Source: Planctomycetota bacterium (GTDB lineage Bacteria; Planctomycetota; B15-G4). Taken from it: a DNA stretch of 64,000 nucleotides. The notes under the pieces were generated by a model. It searched no databases. It saw nothing but the letters and a program-made list of their open reading frames with translations, and was not told the origin of the DNA. Position numbers and translations under genes: made by a program. The DNA lies in the NCBI GenBank assembly GCA_965248575.1, contig CBDFJQ010000002.1, forward strand, positions 2,432,001-2,496,000. The letters are read 5' to 3'. Of the stretch, positions 20,997-31,136 are shown piece after piece; positions within the stretch are counted from its first letter, which is position 1, and the number at the start of each line of letters is the position of its first letter.

Positions 20997-22265
20997 ATGG
21001 CAAAGCTCACCCGACGACAGTTCTTGCGTTCGACGCTCGGCACCGCCGCCGCGCTGACGCCCACGCTGCTCACCACGGCACGTGCGGCCCCATCGTGGCT
21101 GATGGACGCTGCCCAGGACGCCGAGGCCTCTCAGCGCGTTCTCGTCGTGATCCAGCTGGCGGGCGGGAACGACGGCCTGTCCACCGTCACGCCGTGGGAG
21201 GACGACCTCTATTACCGCGGACGGGCGACGATCGGCATCCCCAAGCACAAGCTCATTCGCCTGGACGATCACAACGGCTTCCACCCGAACCTGTCCCGTC
21301 TCGCAACTCGCTTTGAGCATGGCCAAGTGGGTATCCATCAAGCGGTGGGCTACCCGGACCCGAACCTCTCCCACTTCCGAAGCCAAGACATCTGGGATTC
21401 GGCCTCGACGGCGGGGACCCTCCCCGCCACGGGTTGGATGGGTGAACTCAACGACCAGCTCGGCACCCGGGACGCCATGGCCATGATTGCCGTGGGGCGG
21501 GACTCCATGCCCCTCGCGTTGCGCGCCGAGCAAGGTGTGGCCTGTGTCGTCCCGAACCTCGCCAGCTACCGCATCCAGAACGCGCCCAAGGGCAGCAGCA
21601 GTGCCGAAGCGGACGCGCGTGCCCGGGCCATCGCGGCCCTGAACGGCGGAGCTCCCATGTCGGGGACGGGCGATGAGCGGCAGCGGGTCACGAAGGCCTA
21701 CACCGCCGCCACCACCTCCATCGCCGAGCTGGGCCACGTCCAGGGCTTCGAGACCCGCAACTCGTTCCCCGACCACAAGCTGGGGGCCGACCTGCGTCTC
21801 ATCGCGCGTGCGCTCGGGGCAGGCCTGCCCACGCGCTTCTTCTATGTCACCCACGATGGCTTCGACACCCACACCGATCAGGTCGGCATGCAAGGCCGTC
21901 TTCTGGGACGCCTGGACGGAGCCGTGGACGCCTTCCTGCGCGAGATGGGGGCCCAAGGGCGCCTGGACGAGGTGCTCGTCATGTGCGTCTCGGAGTTCGG
22001 GCGCCGCGTGGAGGAATGCGGCGTCGGCGACACCGCCGGGTCGGATCACGGCGCGGCCAACTCCATGATGTTCTTCGGTGGAAAGGTCAACCCGGGCCTG
22101 CACGGCCCGCAGCCGGATCTCGAACACCTCGATGAAGATGGGAACCTCGCCATGCGCGTCGACTTCCGCCAGGCCTACACCACGGTTATCCGGGACTGGA
22201 TGGGCGGCGACCCAGAGGCCATTCTCGGCCCTGACTTTCCAGCCCTGAAGGTGCTCGCCTCATGA
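20997..22265 (+). CDS. DUF1501 family protein with Tat signal
   Basis: TRRQFL, LVVIQLAGGNDGL, SHFRS, FDTH, SEFGRR, DHG, DFRQAY. Confidence 0.93.
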   Translation: MAKLTRRQFLRSTLGTAAALTPTLLTTARAAPSWLMDAAQDAEASQRVLVVIQLAGGNDGLSTVTPWEDDLYYRGRATIGIPKHKLIRLDDHNGFHPNLSRLATRFEHGQVGIHQAVGYPDPNLSHFRSQDIWDSASTAGTLPATGWMGELNDQLGTRDAMAMIAVGRDSMPLALRAEQGVACVVPNLASYRIQNAPKGSSSAEADARARAIAALNGGAPMSGTGDERQRVTKAYTAATTSIAELGHVQGFETRNSFPDHKLGADLRLIARALGAGLPTRFFYVTHDGFDTHTDQVGMQGRLLGRLDGAVDAFLREMGAQGRLDEVLVMCVSEFGRRVEECGVGDTAGSDHGAANSMMFFGGKVNPGLHGPQPDLEHLDEDGNLAMRVDFRQAYTTVIRDWMGGDPEAILGPDFPALKVLAS

Positions 22266-23551
22266 GCCTGCCAACCGCCCTCGCGTCCACTGCGCTGCTC
22301 CTGTCTGCGCTGCTGCCCCAGGACGCGAGCCAGCACCACGAGACTCGCCCCGTTCATCACGCCGACCCCCGCCCGGCCCTGGCGGAGGTTCCCGTTCCGC
22401 CCGGCATGGTCCAACCTCGAAAAGGAGAGGGAGCGGCGCCATTCCCCGGCGTACTACCGCGCAACGGCGCCCAAGTGGCCCGTTTCACTGCGCAGGGACA
22501 ACGCACCGAGTACGCCTTCGAAGCCAGCGCAGGGGAACTGTCGCTGTTCGACTTCGCCACCTGGGGCTACGCCCGCTCCTGGCACTCCACGGCCCAGATT
22601 CAGATCGTGGACCCCGAAGGCAAGCCGCTGCTCGCCACCCAGCGCTCCGGAGAGACGGCCTATCGCAAGTTCTTGCCCTTCGTCGCGCCGCGGGATGGCC
22701 GCTATCGCCTGCGCCTCAAGGCCTTGGACGAGTTCTTCCGCTACACCCTGATCCGGCACTCCGACTACGAACTCGCCGGGGACGACCCCGCCCCCTTTGC
22801 AGGGCGGACAGAGGTGCACGGTTTCCTGGCAACACCCGACGACACCTGCCGCTACACCGTGGAGCTCGAGTCGGGTCAGGAAGTGGCCTTGCGCGTCTCA
22901 AACGATCATCCCATGGCTCGGCGCCAGAAGCAGAACCAACGGCGCCGCGCGCAGGATGAAGCAGCGATTCTGGTGGCCGGATCCGAGCCGCCCCCTGAAC
23001 GTGGCTCAGACCGCGCTGCGGGTGCACGAGGCGCAACACCTCGGGCTTCAGCTACGCCACGGGGCGGACGCGCTGAAGCTGGAGAGAAGCCGGAGGGGCA
23101 CGACGCACCAACCCTCGACTTCCCCGACTTCCTCTTCGCGGTCTCTCGGCAGGGGACCGTGGTGACCGAACCCTCCTTCTTCGCGACGTTCACGCCCGAA
23201 CACAGCGGCACCTATCAGATCGACGTCTCGGCCTCCCATGTCGGCGAGGGTGGACTGTTCATCCTGGAGCTGGTCCGGGCTCCCGAGCGCGTGGAGATCA
23301 GCGGTTACGTCGGGGATTCCGAGGACGATCCAGTGCCTGGCATCGCCCTGACGTTCTTCCGGCAACCAGACTCTGACCCCATCGCTCATGCACAGAGCGA
23401 CGAAAACGGGGAGTTCCGCCTGGAACTCCTGAAGGGCACCTATCGAGTCCACTACGGGCCGGCCGACGGCGGACCCCGGGAGACCGTGCCTGCCAACATC
23501 CAACGCCCGCGGGAAGTGAACGTCGTGTGGGACCCGCCCTCCCGACATTGA
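22262..23551 (+). CDS. Secreted protein with PPC-like modules and a C-terminal carboxypeptidase-regulatory-like domain
   Basis: Signal peptide, ATGA overlap with the DUF1501 gene, ISGYVGD...SDENGEFRL...GTYRV. Confidence 0.7.
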   Translation: MSLPTALASTALLLSALLPQDASQHHETRPVHHADPRPALAEVPVPPGMVQPRKGEGAAPFPGVLPRNGAQVARFTAQGQRTEYAFEASAGELSLFDFATWGYARSWHSTAQIQIVDPEGKPLLATQRSGETAYRKFLPFVAPRDGRYRLRLKALDEFFRYTLIRHSDYELAGDDPAPFAGRTEVHGFLATPDDTCRYTVELESGQEVALRVSNDHPMARRQKQNQRRRAQDEAAILVAGSEPPPERGSDRAAGARGATPRASATPRGGRAEAGEKPEGHDAPTLDFPDFLFAVSRQGTVVTEPSFFATFTPEHSGTYQIDVSASHVGEGGLFILELVRAPERVEISGYVGDSEDDPVPGIALTFFRQPDSDPIAHAQSDENGEFRLELLKGTYRVHYGPADGGPRETVPANIQRPREVNVVWDPPSRH

Positions 23552-23579
23552 CCGGCGACCCACGTCGCTTACCTGGGAG

Positions 23580-25238
23580 TCACCAGGGCGCGGGCTTGTA
23601 GTCCTTCAGGAACTGTCCCCAGACGTGCTCGCCGGTTTCGATGCCCATGAAGACCGGGTCCAGGATCCGCGCCGCAGCATCGACGTGGTCGAGCGGCGGG
23701 TGGAAGCCGTGCTCCTCTTGTTTCTGCACGGTGATGTGGTGCGGGTCTTCGTCCGTGATCCAGCCGGTGTCCACGGCGTTCATGTGGATGCCGTCCCGCT
23801 GATAGTCTGGCGCCGAGGTGCGCGTGAGCATGTTCAGCGCCGCCTTGGCCATGTTGGTGTGCGGGTGTTTGTCCGTCTTGAAGGAGCGATAGAACTGCCC
23901 CTCCATGGCGGAGACGTTCACGATGTGCTTGTCGCGCCCGGGCGTACGCAGCATCAAGGGCTTCAGTCGAGCGTCGAGCACGAAGGGCGCGATGGCATTG
24001 ACCAACGTCACTTCCAGCAGCTCCACCGTGCTGACGGCCGCCAGGGGCAGACGCCAGCTGTTGATGTCGCGCAGGTCGACTTGCTGCAGGTCCGCGTCCA
24101 GCTTGCCGGCGGGGAACAGGCTCTCGCTGTCGTTCTCATCGCCCTCCACCAACGTCAGCTGGCTGAGCGCCGCGGAGAGAGTCAGGCCGCGCAGGGCTTG
24201 CGCAGACGCTGGCGCCGAGCCCTCGGTGGAGAGAGCCCTCCCGTCGGCCTCCGTCGTTGGCTTGGCAGTGCCCCCCGGAAGCGCACCCTGCGCCCGCAAG
24301 GCTTCAAAAGCTGAGAGCACGTCCTTCGCCCCGGGCGGCAACTCCGACAGGGGCTTCTGCTCGGCCTCCATGAGGTGGCCGTAGAAGCCGGGCGGACGCC
24401 GCACTGTCTGGCACGCATTGTTGACGATGACATCCAGGCGATCCTCGGCGCTCAAGATGTAGCGACACAGGGCCTCGACGCTCGGTGTGTGCCGCAGGTC
24501 GAGGCCGAAGACTGCGAGGCGCTCGTGCCAGCTGTCGAAGTCCGGCTCCGCGGCGTAGCGCGCCGCAGCGTCCCGTGGAAAGCGCGTGGTCACGATCAAG
24601 CGTGCACCCGCTCGCAAGAGCTTGATCCCCACCTGGTAGCCGATCTTGACGCGCCCACCTGTCAGCAACGCGACGCGGCCGCCAAGGTCGGCAGTGTGGC
24701 CACGCTTCTCCCAATTGAACGCCGCGCACCCGGAACACATGGCGTCATAGAATGAGTGCACGTCCAGGTAGTCCGCCTTGCAGATGTAGCAGCTCCGGGC
24801 CTCGATCAGCCGGCCCAAGGATTCCGCTGCGCCCGGGGATTCTGCTGCGCCCGGCGCAGGGCTCTCCTGCTCAAGGAAGCCCGGCTGGGCCGGCCCATCA
24901 CCCCGGGCTTCTGGCGTGGGATAGACCAGCTCCAAACGCTGGCTGCGAATCCCCGTCCGATCCAGGATCGCCTGATCCGCTTCCCGGCGCTCACCCAGCA
25001 GCTTCTTCTTGCGTGCCTTGCGATACAGCGAGCGCTCGAGCGCGTCTGGCCGCACAAGCTGTCCGCAGAGCTGAAGCAGCTGGTTCCGTTCAGGTTGCGA
25101 CAGCTGGGCCATCTTCGAGCGATCGGCGACGAGGGACTCCAGGGTCTCCAGCACCTGCGCCAACGATTCGGCAGGGGGCGCAGACGAGTCCGCGGAGGCA
25201 GCGGCTTCAGAAGCAGGAGAGAAGTCTGGGTCAGGCAC
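23580..25238 (-). CDS. Extended SDR-family oxidoreductase with N-terminal Cys4 motif
   Basis: CYIC...CSGC, TGGRVKIG, VNNACQT, HTNMAKAAL, VDTGW; start uncertain (GTG 25238). Confidence 0.88.
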   Translation of the reverse strand: MPDPDFSPASEAAASADSSAPPAESLAQVLETLESLVADRSKMAQLSQPERNQLLQLCGQLVRPDALERSLYRKARKKKLLGERREADQAILDRTGIRSQRLELVYPTPEARGDGPAQPGFLEQESPAPGAAESPGAAESLGRLIEARSCYICKADYLDVHSFYDAMCSGCAAFNWEKRGHTADLGGRVALLTGGRVKIGYQVGIKLLRAGARLIVTTRFPRDAAARYAAEPDFDSWHERLAVFGLDLRHTPSVEALCRYILSAEDRLDVIVNNACQTVRRPPGFYGHLMEAEQKPLSELPPGAKDVLSAFEALRAQGALPGGTAKPTTEADGRALSTEGSAPASAQALRGLTLSAALSQLTLVEGDENDSESLFPAGKLDADLQQVDLRDINSWRLPLAAVSTVELLEVTLVNAIAPFVLDARLKPLMLRTPGRDKHIVNVSAMEGQFYRSFKTDKHPHTNMAKAALNMLTRTSAPDYQRDGIHMNAVDTGWITDEDPHHITVQKQEEHGFHPPLDHVDAAARILDPVFMGIETGEHVWGQFLKDYKPAPW

Positions 25239-25503
25239 GCGCTGGAGCCGGAGGCCGGCGGGAGGGAGGAAGAGAAAGCGGCGGCAGTCTACCGGAGGCG
25301 ACGGGCCCCATGTGCCGTTGACTCGATTCCCGGGAACACGGTTCTGTGGACTTCGATCGCGCAGCCTGAATCCCCTTTCGTGGGCAGGGCTGGGAGCAGT
25401 CGTCTTCGGGGAGGTCTTTGAGTCTCCGAGGATCTTCCGGCCCACCTCGCGCCGACCCCTTGCTTGCTTCGATCATCCCCTCCCTGCCACGGAACCGCAC
25501 CCC

Positions 25504-26868
25504 ATGCGCCCATTCATCAGACGGACTCTCAGCTCCTCGCTCGTCGGCCTGGCCATGGCCTGCGGCCTCGGCGCACAGCAAGCAGTGGTGGCCCCGGCAA
25601 AGCCGTCACCCAGCGGCACCTTTCTCGTGCTGTCCGACGTGCACCTGCACGGCTCCCTCGACCAGGACAACATCGGCTTGAACACCGCCGACTCCGGTGC
25701 CGACCTGTGGCTGACAGCGCTCACGAAGCTCGACGACATGCTCACCTCGTCCGCGGGCCCGCGCCCCGACTTCGTGGTGCTGCTGGGAGACCTCCCGTGG
25801 CACGCCTATGTGGGCAGCAGCACGCAGCTCGGCAGCGCCCGAACGAACACGGGTAACGTCTTGAAAGCCCTGCGGCAGAAGGCTGACGCGGCTGGCATCC
25901 CACTGCTCTACACCACGGGCAACAACGACTCCTGGAGCGGCGACTACCGGGCCTTCACGGCCCCCAACAAGCGGACGCCCTTCGACCAAGACGTCGGCCA
26001 CTCTGGCGACTGGCCGGTGATTGAGGGAGGCGACTGCAACACGACCCCCGCGCCCAAGGCCTGCATCGCGAATGACAAGCGCATGGAACTGGGCTGCTAT
26101 TCGGTCTACCCCCTCGGCGCCAATACGAAGTTGCGGGTCGTCCTCTTGAACACGGTCATGTTCAACAAGGACACCGACAACTCGCACAGCACCTACTACT
26201 ACGGGGAAGACCAATTCGGGGCGGGACACCTGCAACATGAAGACACGGAACACCAGATGGAGTGGTTTGAAGGGGAGCTGAAGGATGCCAAGAGCAAGGG
26301 AGAGTCCGTTCTGATCGGCATGCACATCCCACCGGGCCGGGACGGCTACCAGCGCGGCTCAGCGCCGAGCTACTTCTGGGACAGCCAGCTCGACTACAAC
26401 GGTGTCCAGGTCCAGAACGCCTTCCTCGACCTCGTCGAGACCTACGAGCCGCAAATCATCGGTGTGCTCTCGAGCCACACCCACATGGACGGCGTGCGCA
26501 AGCTCTATGGCTCGCAGGGCTTCACGGACTTGGTGATCTCCGTGGCCGGCATCACCCCCGGGCACGGCAACAACCCCGCCATGAAAACCATCACCTACGA
26601 CACCACGGGCAGCTTCGAGCTGCTCGACTTCGAGACGAGCTACATGCCGTACTGGAACAACCACCACACCGTGCAAGCCTCCTGGGGCTCAGACAGCTTC
26701 CGCTTCAGCACGGTCTACAGCTGCCCGCCAGGCACGACCATGAAGGACTGGATCGGCGCCATGGACAACGCCAGCCTGCTGAAGCACACGACGCACATCT
26801 ACAAGGCCTACGGCAACACGGCCAGCTCAGCGGATGTCCAACGCACCCTGGAAGTTCGCGCGCGCTGA
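25504..26868 (+). CDS. Secreted metallophosphoesterase (acid sphingomyelinase-like)
   Basis: SDVH, LGDLPWH, GNND, HIPP, SHTHMD calcineurin-like motifs; signal peptide. Confidence 0.88.
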   Translation: MRPFIRRTLSSSLVGLAMACGLGAQQAVVAPAKPSPSGTFLVLSDVHLHGSLDQDNIGLNTADSGADLWLTALTKLDDMLTSSAGPRPDFVVLLGDLPWHAYVGSSTQLGSARTNTGNVLKALRQKADAAGIPLLYTTGNNDSWSGDYRAFTAPNKRTPFDQDVGHSGDWPVIEGGDCNTTPAPKACIANDKRMELGCYSVYPLGANTKLRVVLLNTVMFNKDTDNSHSTYYYGEDQFGAGHLQHEDTEHQMEWFEGELKDAKSKGESVLIGMHIPPGRDGYQRGSAPSYFWDSQLDYNGVQVQNAFLDLVETYEPQIIGVLSSHTHMDGVRKLYGSQGFTDLVISVAGITPGHGNNPAMKTITYDTTGSFELLDFETSYMPYWNNHHTVQASWGSDSFRFSTVYSCPPGTTMKDWIGAMDNASLLKHTTHIYKAYGNTASSADVQRTLEVRAR

Positions 26869-26954
26869 GAGCTGCCTCCGAACGTCAAAACCGGTAGCGT
26901 GTGCGTCGCGGCCGCCCGGAGGCCCGCCCGAAGACCCCGGTCGCGATACACACC

Positions 26955-27410
26955 GTGCTTGAACTCTATGTCGACGCCGACAGCTGCCCCGTCAAGGACG
27001 AGATCTACCGGGTCGCCTACCGCTACGCCCTAACTGTGCACGTAGTGGCCAACCAGTCCGTGCATGTTCCTGCCAGCGACAGCTTCCACTTCGTCTTGGT
27101 CGGCGACCGCTTTGACGAAGCGGACGATTGGATCGCTGAGCGCTCCAGCGAGGGCGACATCGTCATCACGGCGGACATCCTGCTCGCCGCGCGCTGCCTC
27201 GAGAACAAGGCCCGGGTGCTCGGCCCGCGCGGCCGGGTCTTCAAGGATGAGAGCATCGGAGAAGCCATCGCTGCCCGGGAGGCCCAGGCCTACATGCGGG
27301 AGATGGGCATCCAAGCCGGTGGCCCCCCGCCCATGCAGGAAAAGGACCGCTCCAAGTTCCTCATGAGCCTCGACCAGGTGGTCCAGCAGGTGCGTCGCAA
27401 GGGCAGCTAG
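26955..27410 (+). CDS. YaiI/YqxD (UPF0178) family protein
   Basis: YVDADSCPVK, ADDWI, DIVITADILLA, GGPPP. Confidence 0.93.
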   Translation: MLELYVDADSCPVKDEIYRVAYRYALTVHVVANQSVHVPASDSFHFVLVGDRFDEADDWIAERSSEGDIVITADILLAARCLENKARVLGPRGRVFKDESIGEAIAAREAQAYMREMGIQAGGPPPMQEKDRSKFLMSLDQVVQQVRRKGS

Positions 27411-27979
27411 CGCTGGGCGTCCCGCACGGACGCACAGCGTGCTTGGAGTTTCTCGGCGAGGGCAGCCTCCGGCTTCGTGAAGGCCGAGTAGAACGTCTCA
27501 CCGTCCCGGGCGAGAACGCGCAGCTCAGAGCCCCCGTCCGCGGGGCGAAAGCCAAGGAGCAGGTGCGTCACCGACAGCTCGGCTCGGGCCCGGGTGCTCA
27601 TCGGCACGCTCTCAGGGAAGACCAGCTCCAGGCTGACTTCCGACTCGCGTGCCGCCCGCCAATCGGACGGCGTCAGCAGCCGACGCTCCCGATCGGTGCA
27701 ACTCTCAAAGAGCGCTCGCAGGTCACTTCTCAAAACCTGGGCGTCCACCTCACCGAGAGCCTGGGCCAGGCCGGACCGTCGCAGCTGCACCTCTGGCTCG
27801 AGGGACGGCACGATGTCCGGCGCGACCTCCGCGGAGTCAGATAGTAGCGCCGGAACGGTCACGCTGCTCGGAACAGCCGGGGCCTCAGCCTGCGCCTCAA
27901 CCGGTCGAGAAGACTCACCGCGGCATGCGAGCTGCCCTGCGCAAAGCGTCAGGGCGAGCCCGCACAGCAGCCGACTCAC
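27407..27979 (-). CDS. Hypothetical lipoprotein
   Basis: Lipobox QLAC; overlaps the stop of the upstream minus-strand gene. Confidence 0.65.
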   Translation of the reverse strand: MSRLLCGLALTLCAGQLACRGESSRPVEAQAEAPAVPSSVTVPALLSDSAEVAPDIVPSLEPEVQLRRSGLAQALGEVDAQVLRSDLRALFESCTDRERRLLTPSDWRAARESEVSLELVFPESVPMSTRARAELSVTHLLLGFRPADGGSELRVLARDGETFYSAFTKPEAALAEKLQARCASVRDAQR

Positions 27980-30816
27980 GGATTACCCGACATGATGATC
28001 TCGATCTGGTCGATGCCGATGGCCGTGTCGTAGATGCTGTCGCCCACGTCACCGGCCATGAAGTCGATGCGGACACGCTTGCCGGCCAAGGCCGGGGGAA
28101 TGGAGACGGCTTTGGACTGCCAACCCGTCGTCCAGACATCGCCCTGATCGAAGCTGGCGCTGACAGGAAACAGGTTGTGGTTCACGTAATCCCCATTGCC
28201 GTTCGGTGGCCCACAGAGGTCATCCACGAAGGTCTTGAAGAGCAAGGTCGTCCCACCGCCACCATCCAGGTCCGTGATCGTCACGTCGAAGGTGTCCTGG
28301 AAGATCGACCCGCAGAACTCGAGGAACTCCTCAGAGAAGAAGATCCAGTCGAAGATCATGGTCTCCGCGTCGTCCGGCAGACAGAGGGTCTGGCTGAAGG
28401 ATCCGCTGGTCGTGGTGAAGCCCAAGCCGGTGGAGATGATGCCCATCAACTTGCCTTCCGTCGGCGAGTAGCCCGCCAAGGCCGGTACCGCTCGCGCATC
28501 ACCCGCCCCTTCCCACACGACTGCACCGTCTTCGAAGCCGCCGTTGTGCAGCTCCTTGGCGCCCAGCTGCACCGTCTTGTCGCCGAACAGCAGGAAGGCC
28601 GCGGGGTCGTTGTCCACCTCGACCTGCCCTGGCGTGAAGGAGTCATCCAGGGTGTTGCCGGCCATGAGCAACTTGTTGAGCAGCGGTGGTCCGTTCGCCT
28701 TGCAGAAGGAGACGGCCACGTAGTCGCTGTAGCTCAGGAAGGCCGCCGCGCCCGTTGCGAAGAAGGCGTTGGCCAAGGTCGCGTTGAAGGCGCCACGACA
28801 GATGCTCGTGTAGATGATGGAGTTGGGCATCTTGCCCGAGTAGGTCTTGAAGAAGCTCGGCGTCATGCCGTAGTTGCCGTACCAGAACACCATGCGCCCC
28901 TTGCGCAGGTCGTTCTCGTAGAGCTTCGTGAGCGCCTTGGTGACACCCATGTTGCTGTGCACCACCACCTGGCTCGACGCGCCAGCGAACCCGAAGATCG
29001 CCTTCCAGGGCTTTGACAGGAACTGATAGAAGGAGTCGCCGTGGCTGCTGATCAAGACCATGCCGTAGTCGGCCAGGTTCTTGAAGTCCTCCACGCTGCC
29101 GGAGCCCTTCGAGTTGTACTTGATGTAGTCCACCTCGAAGCAGTCGTCGTCGATGAGCGTCTGGGCCATGACGGGAATGTCGTCGTTCGCACCCCAATCG
29201 AAGAACTGCGCTGCGATGGCCTTGACCTTGTTGCTACGCACGAGGTTCTTGGTGCTCCCGGCGATGGCGCCGCCCTCGGGCAAGCCCTGCCAGTCCAGGA
29301 TGGCTTGAGCCAGCGGTGTCGAGGACGTCAGCGTCGTCAACGACGATGCAAAGGCGTCGTACGGTGGGTCGTCCACCGAGCGACCGGCCACTCCACTCAG
29401 GCCGACGTCTTCTGCGTCGTCCTGGAGCCCCGCAACCCGTCCGCCCACTCCGCCGGGCGGTGCGAGTTGTGAAGAGGCTGGGCCGCCACCCTTGGTGCCG
29501 TCCTCCCAGGTGTAGAGCAAGCCCGAGACACCGCAGGAGTACAGCACCCACAGCCCGCGGCCGTCATCGCTGTAGCCCACCTCGGCCACGGCCGGGTCCG
29601 CGAGCAGGTCGGCCTCCACCTGGGCCAGGACGGCCGGCAACATGCCGTCGATCACTGCCTGGTCGATATCCGCCTGGAAGTCCGTCTGGAGCGCCATGAT
29701 CGTGTCGATCTCGTCGTCGGATAGGTGCTCGCTGATCAGGACCGACACGGCCTCGGACAGGACATCGGGTGCCTTGCCCAGGCGGCCCACGCGCACGAGG
29801 TACTGCTCCAGGCCCTCGTCGCCGGGCATCGGCGTCAGGAAGAAGCGCGCCGAGAAGATGCCATCGGCTTCGATCTCATCGCCGTTGTTCGCGAGGATGC
29901 CATCGTCGAAGAGTTCCGAGACCAGGACCTCCTGGCCGTCCACGATCTTCACGAGCGAGACGTCGTCGGGGTCCGTCGCCCCATCGCCGAGGGCGATGGT
30001 CACCACGAGCTCCACGATGTCCCCCACGTAGAGCACGTCCGGCGTGATGATGAGCCCACCTCCGAAGTTGTATTCGAAGAAGGTCGTCTTCTTGAACTTG
30101 GGCGTGAGCACCTTGGCGACGACGATCAGGTCGCCCGCGGGCCCATCGTTCTCGACATCCAGCTCGTAGACGCCGAACATCGTCAGCGGCACCTTCTTGA
30201 GCAGGGTCTTCGTGCCCTTCTGCTTCATGTAGGGCGTGAGATCGACGGGGTTGCCGATCGGGTCACGCAGCACTGGCATGCCCGGGACTGCGGGCGACTT
30301 CTTGCCGGGCTTGACGGTGGCGTTCAGGAAGGACCCCGCCTTGACGGCCAGCTTCACCCGCAGGGAATCAGGATCAAGGTCGGGCGCGGGAGCGGCAGCC
30401 GGCTTCTTGAGGGTCTTGTCGATCTTGCTCTTGCTGATCAGCTTGTAGCCGCCGGTCGCGCCATCGACACCCGTCACGGCAAGTGTGTAGGAGCCCGTCT
30501 CCGGCAGGACGATCTGCTTGAGTTTGGCTTTCTTGCCCTTGATGGGTTCATTGGACGCGATCATCAGCGCCGGGCCGCCGTCACCATCCTCGAGGAAGAG
30601 AGCCACGCGCGGAATCAGCTTCGACTTCTTGGCCGGCCCCACGGTGACGCTGACCTTTTCGCCTGCGAGCCCCTTGAACTCGAGCACGTCGACATCCAGA
30701 GCAGAATCGATGCTCCCTTCAAAGCGATCACCCAGCTGGATGGTTGAGTCGACGCTCTGGGCACGACCGAGGCTGCTGAGCAGCACGACGAGCAGACACG
30801 TGGCGAAAGTCTTCAT
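27976..30816 (-). CDS. Large secreted multidomain protein (Lys-rich PPC-like N-terminus, choice-of-anchor-X-like DDG..GD..AxDG motif, beta-sandwich C-terminus)
   Basis: Signal peptide from ATG 30816, LFDDGILANNGDEIEADGIFS, NGGFE...DVGDSIYDTAIGID. Confidence 0.8.
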   Translation of the reverse strand: MKTFATCLLVVLLSSLGRAQSVDSTIQLGDRFEGSIDSALDVDVLEFKGLAGEKVSVTVGPAKKSKLIPRVALFLEDGDGGPALMIASNEPIKGKKAKLKQIVLPETGSYTLAVTGVDGATGGYKLISKSKIDKTLKKPAAAPAPDLDPDSLRVKLAVKAGSFLNATVKPGKKSPAVPGMPVLRDPIGNPVDLTPYMKQKGTKTLLKKVPLTMFGVYELDVENDGPAGDLIVVAKVLTPKFKKTTFFEYNFGGGLIITPDVLYVGDIVELVVTIALGDGATDPDDVSLVKIVDGQEVLVSELFDDGILANNGDEIEADGIFSARFFLTPMPGDEGLEQYLVRVGRLGKAPDVLSEAVSVLISEHLSDDEIDTIMALQTDFQADIDQAVIDGMLPAVLAQVEADLLADPAVAEVGYSDDGRGLWVLYSCGVSGLLYTWEDGTKGGGPASSQLAPPGGVGGRVAGLQDDAEDVGLSGVAGRSVDDPPYDAFASSLTTLTSSTPLAQAILDWQGLPEGGAIAGSTKNLVRSNKVKAIAAQFFDWGANDDIPVMAQTLIDDDCFEVDYIKYNSKGSGSVEDFKNLADYGMVLISSHGDSFYQFLSKPWKAIFGFAGASSQVVVHSNMGVTKALTKLYENDLRKGRMVFWYGNYGMTPSFFKTYSGKMPNSIIYTSICRGAFNATLANAFFATGAAAFLSYSDYVAVSFCKANGPPLLNKLLMAGNTLDDSFTPGQVEVDNDPAAFLLFGDKTVQLGAKELHNGGFEDGAVVWEGAGDARAVPALAGYSPTEGKLMGIISTGLGFTTTSGSFSQTLCLPDDAETMIFDWIFFSEEFLEFCGSIFQDTFDVTITDLDGGGGTTLLFKTFVDDLCGPPNGNGDYVNHNLFPVSASFDQGDVWTTGWQSKAVSIPPALAGKRVRIDFMAGDVGDSIYDTAIGIDQIEIIMSGNP

Positions 30817-31136
30817 GGGAGGGAACTCCAAGAGTCAGCGCCGAGCCGCTGCGTGGGCCCGTCGCGCATGCCGTCGTACGAAAGAAAGGGGGCGTGCCAC
30901 GGCAAACGACAGCCCACCTCTTGCCAGTCGATGGTTCCGGTCCGGAGACCTGGAACTCAAAGTGTACTGCGGAATACGCGACGTGCTGGTCCACCGCCCC
31001 GGAGTTCACGTCTTCCGCTGCGGTGCTCGGGTCGAGCCCGGATGACGCCAACGGCCTCCCCAGCCGGTAGAGTGCCCAATAGACCGAATTCGGCCTCTCA
31101 GGCCGGTCTTCCCCTGTCCGCCCCTGGGCAACGGAC

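Noticed and set aside
24820..24855. 18-bp tandem duplication encoding PGAAES twice
   Set aside because: Short in-frame linker duplication, not an array
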